Assembly: GCA_963675595.2 (NCBI GenBank)
Contig: CAXXLZ010000002.1
Coordinates: forward strand, 1,824,001-1,888,000
Direction of reading: 5' to 3'
Length of the DNA: 64,000 bases
Source: Thermodesulfobacteriota bacterium
GTDB lineage: Bacteria > Desulfobacterota > Desulfarculia > JACQYL01
Made by a program: the position numbers and the translations under genes. This document shows positions 57,308 to 64,000 of this stretch, piece after piece. Under the pieces are notes generated by a model that saw nothing but the letters and a program-made list of their open reading frames with translations, was not told where the DNA came from and made no database searches. Every line of letters begins with the position of its first letter. The stretch's first letter is position 1.

Positions 57308-58648
57308 TTACAGAACCTCGCCCGTGTTCAGGTCGATGACCACGTTGTTGTCCGCCGGAGGCAGGTCCGTCCAGAAGGACCCGAGGAGGAGCCCCATTTG
57401 AGCGACCACGGGGTCCGGGTCCTGCATCAACGTTTGGATGGTCAGGAGGTCCGCCGCGCCCGGGGTCTCGTCCCCATGATAATGGGCGGTCACCGCCGCC
57501 ACGGCGTAAGGAGTCAGTTCCAAAGCCTTTTCCTCGGACAATCCGAACCCGGTCAGCATGACCGGGGCCTGGAAACTGAGCTGGGTTTCCACGAAATTTT
57601 TCGAGTATTCCTGGAAAGTCAGGCCTCCGGTGTCCACGTCCACGTTTTCAAGGAAGGTACTGGTGATGGTCAACAGCCCGTCCGCACCGTAAGTCACCAC
57701 CCGGCAGGGGTTGGGATAGGTGATGACGGAGCCCGTTTCCACGTCGAACACGAAAGCGCCGGAAGCCGCCCAAGAGGCCTTGGTGATGTCCTGGGCATGA
57801 TAATGTCCGGTGAACACCACCTTGAGGCCGGCTTCGGCCAGAGTTTGAGAAACGGTCTCCCAATCGTCGATTACGTATTCATCCCCCAAGCCCGGCAGGG
57901 TGGACTGCCCGGTGAAGTGTTCGGTCAGACCGTGATGCATCATGGCGATGACCTGTTTTCCCTGTGCTTGAGCCTTCTGGAGTTGCTCCACGATCCAGGC
58001 CAGGGTTTCCTCGGAAAAGGCCCCGCCCGTTCTTTCTTGAGTATCGCCCTCCTCGTAATCGTATTTGCAGGAGTCCAGGGCCAGCAGCCACAACCCCCGC
58101 ACCGGCTCGGCCACGTAACTCAACGAATTCGAATCGCGTGCCAGGGCCTCGCCGTATCCGAAATCATGAAACATCGTCGCAAAGCCTTCGGAAGAGACAT
58201 TGTCCACCGGTTCCACGGTGCTTCCGTCATAGGCCACGGCCTCGGGATTGTCGATGTCGTGATTGCCCGGCACCACATAGACCGATATCCCTTTGGCCTC
58301 CAGCCCGGCCAGTTGCGCGGCCAACCATTCGAAATTCACCAACTCTCCATCTTTGGTCAGGTCTCCCGGAATCAGGACGAATTGGACGCCCGCCTGCTCG
58401 ATGCCGGCGACCACGGCTTGGAGCAAGGTTTCACTTTCCGGCAGCATCTTCCGATCACTCGCCATTTCCGTCTGGAAAGCAACCCCGTCGTTAATGAGCA
58501 GGGAAGGGTCGAAGATATGAGGATCGGACAGCACCGCAAAGCCGGCCCCCTCGAAGCCCTTGTCATCGTCGTCTCCGCCGCAACCCGGCAACCCTACCAG
58601 GACGGCGCACAAGCAACACAGCACCGTGATCCCCTTGATGAACCGCAT
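57308..58648 (-). CDS. Calcineurin-like metallophosphoesterase lipoprotein
   Basis: SDPH, GDLT.DG, PGNHD, MHH and TGHYH motifs; lipobox LPGC after ATG 58648. Confidence 0.88.
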   Translation of the reverse strand: MRFIKGITVLCCLCAVLVGLPGCGGDDDDKGFEGAGFAVLSDPHIFDPSLLINDGVAFQTEMASDRKMLPESETLLQAVVAGIEQAGVQFVLIPGDLTKDGELVNFEWLAAQLAGLEAKGISVYVVPGNHDIDNPEAVAYDGSTVEPVDNVSSEGFATMFHDFGYGEALARDSNSLSYVAEPVRGLWLLALDSCKYDYEEGDTQERTGGAFSEETLAWIVEQLQKAQAQGKQVIAMMHHGLTEHFTGQSTLPGLGDEYVIDDWETVSQTLAEAGLKVVFTGHYHAQDITKASWAASGAFVFDVETGSVITYPNPCRVVTYGADGLLTITSTFLENVDVDTGGLTFQEYSKNFVETQLSFQAPVMLTGFGLSEEKALELTPYAVAAVTAHYHGDETPGAADLLTIQTLMQDPDPVVAQMGLLLGSFWTDLPPADNNVVIDLNTGEVL

Positions 58649-59088
58649 GAGCGATCCTCCCTTTTTCCGAATTTGAACCCGCTTAAGCTTCACCGCGGCC
58701 TCAAATGAAACTCAACGGCCCGTTGAAAGACGATGAAGCGCTGCGCCGCGGATCGCGTTTTTCAAAGCCCGCCGAAATGACGGGCAATGAAACAGGAGGA
58801 TCCATCCACCCGAACCGCACGAACCATCAGTCTCACCGAGAAGAAACCAAGCCGGCCGGATCCTCCCGTGCCTGTTTCTACGCGGGAACTTTGTCCATTG
58901 GTGGGCGGAATCTTTAAGATTGTTTGTCCTACGAGAGAGAGCTTGGTCGTGGGGCCGGAGGGAACGACGGAAGGGTAACCACACCCCGTGGTCAAGCACG
59001 GGGCGACAAGAATTATTTTATGCACTTTGCCAAGGACTTGACTGCCTACTGGAAGTATCCGCTAATTCCGCCTCTACCCTCTTGATGG

Positions 59089-60279
59089 TTATCGTAGTCC
59101 GAACCCGGCAATGATATCCGGCCTGCTCGCGAGCAGACGTTCCAAATGGCTTTCCGGCCACGGTTCAATTCGCAAGGCGTGGTCGGACTCGTTTTCCTCC
59201 TCAATAAGAGCGACCGAATCCAAAGTAAATCTACCTGAGGTAGCGATAACAAGAACATCGACTCTGGGCGGCCCACAAAGCTTCATTTGTCCCAACAACT
59301 GCTGTACTTCAGCTATCCCGATGCTCTTGCTCTGCCAGTGCTTGCACTGGATGATGGTCCGCAGTCTTTTTGTTCCGGCAAGTGGATCAACATAGACCCT
59401 CCATACGGACATATCACGACCCCGGTCAGCTGCTTTGGTTTTGCATAACCATTCGGGATTTTCGTACCCATTCGTTGACGAAATCAGACGAAAGATTAGG
59501 CGTTCAAAATCTTCGTCGGTCAGGTTCTGCCACTTGAGTTTCGTTGCCACGGAACCTGTTGGGGCTGTTCTTACCAGCGTGCCCAGATCATTGACATCGA
59601 CAGGGATCGGCTCTCTCTCCCCATACATGGACTCGCGCAGGCCGGCTTTAGCACTTGGCCAGTCTAACTTGACGATGTCATGGAGATCGCCGACCATGCC
59701 GAAACTCATATGCCGATGAAGTTCGGACCAACGAGGCGGCTTGGGGATGGTGGTACCGAGGAGGGTGCCGATTTGTGCTACATTGGTCTTTAGTTGTGCG
59801 AATTCATCGCCCGTAACATGCTCATTTGTCTTTCGATCTTCTTTTAAAAAGTCGCCAAAATTATTAAGAATAACATCAACCTCATCGATGAGGTCGATAA
59901 GAGGGCCGCGAACAAGTTTGCGTCGCTTTCTGTTGAAACGGAGTCGGTAATCACGGAGCTGTCTGAAGGTTTCCGCGATCCGGGATTTGGCCGATTGAAA
60001 GCACTCCAAGTTGCCAATTTCCTCTGCGCCCGATTGATCCTGTAAAATCGCCTTCAGCTCTACAAACTGAATATCCGGTTTCCAGTCGTCAATCGTTGGA
60101 AGCGCTGTGAGCAGCGCGTTGAGGTCTCGAATACCCCACTCAAAACTATCTCGTTCAGCAAAGAACTCACCATCGGGCATGGCAGCCTTGATCTCAGTCA
60201 GGACCTTTTCCGCTCTGACAAGGTTCGACTCGGTGGCCTCAAACTCCCTAAGGGCCGCGTTCAGGGGACTTTCAGACAT
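59089..60279 (-). CDS. Mrr-like restriction endonuclease domain protein with an uncharacterised N-terminal region
   Basis: C-terminal L...DFE.L, DRGRD, IIQCK and IATSG.FT (PD-(D/E)xK variant with QxK); GGAGG RBS; AT-richer than flanking genes. Confidence 0.8.
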   Translation of the reverse strand: MSESPLNAALREFEATESNLVRAEKVLTEIKAAMPDGEFFAERDSFEWGIRDLNALLTALPTIDDWKPDIQFVELKAILQDQSGAEEIGNLECFQSAKSRIAETFRQLRDYRLRFNRKRRKLVRGPLIDLIDEVDVILNNFGDFLKEDRKTNEHVTGDEFAQLKTNVAQIGTLLGTTIPKPPRWSELHRHMSFGMVGDLHDIVKLDWPSAKAGLRESMYGEREPIPVDVNDLGTLVRTAPTGSVATKLKWQNLTDEDFERLIFRLISSTNGYENPEWLCKTKAADRGRDMSVWRVYVDPLAGTKRLRTIIQCKHWQSKSIGIAEVQQLLGQMKLCGPPRVDVLVIATSGRFTLDSVALIEEENESDHALRIEPWPESHLERLLASRPDIIAGFGLR

Positions 60280-60386
60280 TTAACCTCCAGCTTTTGCCAA
60301 AGCAGCATGGCAGTGTGAGCCAGTGGACTGAGAGCTCGAAAATTCTCGCCCATTAGACCGACCCCCAATAGCCATAGCGTCTTCTA

Positions 60387-60395
60387 ATTATAACA
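60387..60395 (-). promoter_or_regulatory. Extended -10 element (TG-T-TATAAT) upstream of the endonuclease
   Basis: TGTTATAAT on the minus strand, about 110 nt upstream of ATG 60279. Confidence 0.45.
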
Positions 60396-60458
60396 AGGCT
60401 TGTGCACTGCTTCTCCTAAAGATGAAATAAAACCAAATCGCATTCCAGGCCCGCGCGG

Positions 60459-61049
60459 TCACGCACCCGGCCGGACCGCCAGGAACTCGCCCTTTCCAAC
60501 GGGAACCAGGCAGGAGGTGAAGTCGGAGTCGGCTTGAACAAGGGCTGCGAAAGGGGCCATTTGCTCCGAGTGGGACACGGCGTTGTCCACCACCAGCAGC
60601 CCTCCCTTTCGAAGGACACGCTTGAGATGGGGCCACCAGCCCGGATATTGCGCTCGGTCCGCATCGAGAAAGATCAAGTCGAAGGTCTCGTCGTCCGCGT
60701 GCGCGAGCACTTCGCCCGCATCCCCGTGGATCTGCCGGACGAACGAGGCGATGCCCGAGCGCGCCAGATTCTCTGCGGCCAAGCCGAATTTGTATTCCGA
60801 AAACTCCACGGTGGTGACGCGACCGCCGACGGCCGAAGCCGCATCAGCGAGCCAAAGGGTGGAATAACCGTTGGAGGTTCCGATTTCCAGTATGCGCCGG
60901 GCATTGGCGGACCTCACGAGCACGGATAGGAACTCCCCCGTGTCGCGCGTGATGTTCAGCATTCTGCGAGGACGATCGCTGATCGTTTGATCGTTTTGTT
61001 CGCCGAACGCCTCCAGCTCGGCCAGTAGTCGCTGCAATGATTCCGTCAC
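60459..61049 (-). CDS. SAM-dependent O-methyltransferase (caffeoyl-CoA OMT-like)
   Basis: ILEIGTSNGYST.W, FDLIFLDAD and GGLLVVDNA; GTG start with GAGG RBS. Confidence 0.9.
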   Translation of the reverse strand: MTESLQRLLAELEAFGEQNDQTISDRPRRMLNITRDTGEFLSVLVRSANARRILEIGTSNGYSTLWLADAASAVGGRVTTVEFSEYKFGLAAENLARSGIASFVRQIHGDAGEVLAHADDETFDLIFLDADRAQYPGWWPHLKRVLRKGGLLVVDNAVSHSEQMAPFAALVQADSDFTSCLVPVGKGEFLAVRPGA

Positions 61050-61282
61050 GAAGGTCACCTCGAACAATTGAAAGCATTTTCGGGCATTCCATGCCGCTTT
61101 TAAAAAAATTGATCATACAATGAGCTGCTTCGCCCGGCAATAGTCGAATCCATGATTTTTCGTCATGATATTGTTGATGTTTTCTCAGGAAATCACGGCA
61201 TTCTTGAGCGGAAAGACGGCATCGGCAAGGCAACTTACCGGTTCGGCGAGGCCCCGCCAGGGGCGGCGCCCGCATAGGGGGT

Positions 61283-61305
61283 CCGGGGGAACGTTGTTCC
61301 CCCGG
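61283..61305. terminator. GC-rich hairpin (terminator or REP-like) after the M4 peptidase gene
   Basis: CCGGGGGAAC-GTT-GTTCCCCCGG, a perfect 10-bp stem 30 nt downstream of the stop; no clear U-tract. Confidence 0.45.
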
Positions 61306-61335
61306 CTCCTGTGAATAGATTCAATCAAGGACGAT

Positions 61336-63999
61336 TTATTTCAGCGCTTGGCCCACGGACACGTGAAAGATCATGTCCAGCGGGGCTCTCGACAGCACCT
61401 TTTGCTGCTCTTCTCCGGCCAAAGCCGGGGTTATGACCACGTAATAGGCCGGAAGGGCCGCGTCGGACTGTTCCGCGGAAGTGTACTTGCCCGACTCCCT
61501 CCAGGTAAAGGACGGCCGGATGGGGAAGGAGAAGGCGATGGTCTCTCCGGCCTTAAGCTCGAACTCGTTGTTGTCGAACATTGCCACACCCTCTCCGAAA
61601 CGGTGTCCCATCTCGTCCACCACAGCCACGTGAAACAGCATGGCCTGCCCCGTCTGTTCTTCGCCGGACAGGTCGAGTGCCATGTCCACGGACACGTTGA
61701 GGTAGGTTTCCTCCCCGAACAAGGTTTGCGCTTCACAGGGAACGAAGGCGCAGGGGTTGAAAGGTAAGGCGAGGGTCGGACGCAGGGCCGCGGGATGCAC
61801 CGGGTCCAGTTCGTCCAGACCGAACCGCCACCTTGTGGACGCGGGATCAGGTGTAATGGGCCACACGGGATCGCAACCCCATTCGCAGAAAGCGCCCTCC
61901 GGGCAGATGGACCATTCCCCCGCATAGGTGTATTCCTCGGGGCAGTTGTCGTCTTCGTCGAGGATTCCGTCCCCGTCGTCATCGTCGTCGCAGGCGTCCC
62001 CCTGCCCGTCTCCGTCGATATCGTTTTGGTCGTAGTTGTCCACGCTCAGGCAGTTGTCGCAGGCGTCTCCCACATCGTCACCGTCGGTGTCCTCCTGGCC
62101 GGCGTTGATATCGTAGTCACAGTTGTCCGAGGTGTTGGCGATGCCGTCCCCGTCGATATCGGAATCACACTCGTCGCCCTCGCCGTCTCCGTTGGTGTCC
62201 GCCTGGTCTCCGTTGGGAGTGGTCCGGCAGTTGTCCACGTCGTCCCGAACGCCGTCCCCGTCCGTATCGTCGCACGCGTCTCCCCGGCCGTCTCCGTTGA
62301 AGTCCTCTTGGCCGGCGTTGGCCCTGGTCGGACAGTTGTCCACGTCGTCTGGAATCAGATCATCATCGTCGTCCGGATCGCAGGCATTGCCCAGACCGTC
62401 CGAATCCGTGTCCGTCTGGGAGGAATTGGGCACGAGCACGCAATTGTCCGAGGCGTCCGGAACCAGATCGTTGTCGTCGTCCGTGTCCGTGTCGTCCGGA
62501 ACTCCGTCGCAGTCGTGGTCCGGCAGGCCCAACCCCACCGAGGCAAAGGCGTTCCTCACCTGGCAACAGTCGTCGGCATCTACCGTGCCCTCGGAAATCA
62601 GGCTGGAGCAGGCATCCGCCATGTCCACGGCGAAGTCTTCAAACCCCGTATTCCTGCCGAGTTCGCCGGTCACCGCACGATAATAGACCTGTCGGGCCTT
62701 TTCCTCCCCGATGCCGGAAACCGTAACGGAATAATGGGTGCCCCCATCGGTCATGAGGAAACCGGCTTTGTTCAGAATGCCGTTGTTCGTGTGCACGCCT
62801 CCGTGATCATTCGACGTGGACACATAGTTGGAATAATGATCCGGGTCCCCACAGCGGACGGGGTTGGAAAGGTCTCTCCCGCATCCGGCGGCGTTGGCCC
62901 GCACCGTGTCCTCGCCCTGGAGCCAGTCGCAATCCAATCCGACCCAACAAGCGAAAAAGTGGCCCATCATATCCGCCACGTGTTCCGCCACGGCTCCGCT
63001 TTCATTCCGATAAACGAAATTGGTTTCCGAATCGTGCACCGAATGGCCGAACTCATGCCCCACCACGTCGATGGTGTGCATGCCGGTGGAAAACTGGTGG
63101 ATGGTCCAGGCGCCGCAGTCCAAGGAAGAGGCGTTGGCCGGGCTGAATCCCACGTCCAGGTACATCCAGATGTACGAGTCGTCGCCGTCATAGGACCGGC
63201 GGCCGAATACGTCCCTGTAGAAGGCGTACAGGTCTTGACTCCAGTCGAAATTGTCGTACCCCTCGGAACTGGGGCTCACGCATGCGAATCCCTCCAGGGG
63301 ACAATAGTTGAAGTAGCGGCAATGCGTTGAATAATCACATTCCCCTTCCTCGTCGTGCCACTCGGTTCTCCGGGTGGCCTGCCAGGCGAAACAGGTGCTG
63401 CTGGTGTTCCCTTCGGCGGTGAAGGAGTTCAACTGGAAACCCGCGTCGCTCCTGGGCTGCTTGTACAGGAGGCCTCCCAATAGAGCGTCCACGAAAGCGT
63501 CCGTGACCGCGCCGTAGGCTTCCGGGGAGCTGTATACGATCCTCCAGGCCAACCGGGGATTGTGTTCCACCACGGGACATTTGGGGCATTCGGAGGCCAG
63601 CAGGGCTTCGTCGAAAATCCACAGCTTGGGCGGAACCAGTACTTGCAGCTCGGACAGGGAACTCAATCCCTCGGACTTCAGGATTGCGATTCGAGCTTCC
63701 TGATCGCCGATTTCCGGGGTCGTCGTGGACAACGACAGGTCGGGCGAGTACCTCCCTCCGAGGCTCTGCAGAACGAATCGGTCTTTTTCCTCCTTGAGGA
63801 CCATTTTGTACCAGGCCCCGTACACGGGAATGTCCTGGTAATATTGGCCGAAATGGTACCGCTTGAAGTCCTCGTCCCCGGTTCTCTTGAGCAACCGCAG
63901 ATTCCTCAGAGGATAGGACACTCGAAGCAGGTCCGAGGTCATCGTCATGAGCCCCAACGCCACATCGTCCAGCGTGGTGCCTTCCGCCAGACCCGATTT
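61336..63999 (-). CDS. M4 (thermolysin-like) metallopeptidase with thrombospondin type-3 repeats; 5' end outside window
   Basis: FTP/PepSY-like propeptide (Q.Y..IPVYG, LAW, FVDA), DVVGHEFGH, ESGAVAE and GGVHTN.GI.NKA, then Asp-rich DNC repeats. Frame is open to the window edge. Confidence 0.88.
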   Translation of the reverse strand, partial: KSGLAEGTTLDDVALGLMTMTSDLLRVSYPLRNLRLLKRTGDEDFKRYHFGQYYQDIPVYGAWYKMVLKEEKDRFVLQSLGGRYSPDLSLSTTTPEIGDQEARIAILKSEGLSSLSELQVLVPPKLWIFDEALLASECPKCPVVEHNPRLAWRIVYSSPEAYGAVTDAFVDALLGGLLYKQPRSDAGFQLNSFTAEGNTSSTCFAWQATRRTEWHDEEGECDYSTHCRYFNYCPLEGFACVSPSSEGYDNFDWSQDLYAFYRDVFGRRSYDGDDSYIWMYLDVGFSPANASSLDCGAWTIHQFSTGMHTIDVVGHEFGHSVHDSETNFVYRNESGAVAEHVADMMGHFFACWVGLDCDWLQGEDTVRANAAGCGRDLSNPVRCGDPDHYSNYVSTSNDHGGVHTNNGILNKAGFLMTDGGTHYSVTVSGIGEEKARQVYYRAVTGELGRNTGFEDFAVDMADACSSLISEGTVDADDCCQVRNAFASVGLGLPDHDCDGVPDDTDTDDDNDLVPDASDNCVLVPNSSQTDTDSDGLGNACDPDDDDDLIPDDVDNCPTRANAGQEDFNGDGRGDACDDTDGDGVRDDVDNCRTTPNGDQADTNGDGEGDECDSDIDGDGIANTSDNCDYDINAGQEDTDGDDVGDACDNCLSVDNYDQNDIDGDGQGDACDDDDDGDGILDEDDNCPEEYTYAGEWSICPEGAFCEWGCDPVWPITPDPASTRWRFGLDELDPVHPAALRPTLALPFNPCAFVPCEAQTLFGEETYLNVSVDMALDLSGEEQTGQAMLFHVAVVDEMGHRFGEGVAMFDNNEFELKAGETIAFSFPIRPSFTWRESGKYTSAEQSDAALPAYYVVITPALAGEEQQKVLSRAPLDMIFHVSVGQALK
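61936..62520 (-). repeat. Thrombospondin type-3 (Ca-binding) repeat block within the peptidase
   Basis: Six DNC units in the pattern DNC....N..Q.D.DGDG.GDACD. Confidence 0.85.
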
Positions 64000-64000
64000 G

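Noticed and set aside
59089-61049. Restriction-modification pair (endonuclease plus adjacent methyltransferase)
   Set aside because: The methyltransferase is a small-molecule O-MTase (EIGT, FLDAD, DN) with no DPPY/NPPY or PC DNA-MTase motif.
58700-61330. Integron cassette array
   Set aside because: The genes look cassette-like, but I could not identify attC sites (RYYYAAC...GTTRRRY) or an intI gene.
1-64000. CRISPR array, selenoprotein read-through, inteins
   Set aside because: No regularly spaced direct repeats; no gene appeared to be interrupted by TGA at a Cys position; core genes have normal lengths.

Overview
GC-rich bacterial chromosomal segment, most likely from an anaerobic deltaproteobacterium (Desulfobacterota-like). 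This is inferred from the gene content and a delta-type Zur box. Left to right: the end of a VWA-domain gene with a coupled atypical thioredoxin; a B12/radical SAM-TPR gene; a Zur-box-preceded DUF318/DUF1980/ZnuA-like metal-uptake trio without ZnuBC; a TIGR01777 epimerase; queH; and yggT-divIVA-small ORF-yggU. Next come an acyl-CoA cluster (CMD family, crotonase, GcdA-like carboxyltransferase, HMG-CoA-lyase-like enzyme, hypothetical), a ferritin-like gene, tRNA-Ser(CGA) and tadA. A type II secretion operon (gspE-F-G-H-I-J-K-L-M-C-like-D) is headed by a GT2 glycosyltransferase and a WcaJ-type priming sugar transferase behind their own sigma70 promoter. The dcw cluster (mraZ to ftsZ) lacks murD and ddl. 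Then mltG, a menA-like gene, a UvrD-like helicase, an 11-12-heme cytochrome c, an MCP with a degenerate CZB domain, a metallophosphoesterase lipoprotein, a solitary Mrr-like endonuclease, an O-methyltransferase and a 5'-truncated M4 peptidase with thrombospondin type-3 repeats. No CRISPR array, rRNA, integrase or transposase was seen. Best candidates for undescribed systems: the glycosylation-linked T2SS operon, the Zur-controlled non-ABC uptake trio and the GcdA/crotonase/lyase cluster. All calls come from motif recognition by eye; no searches were run.
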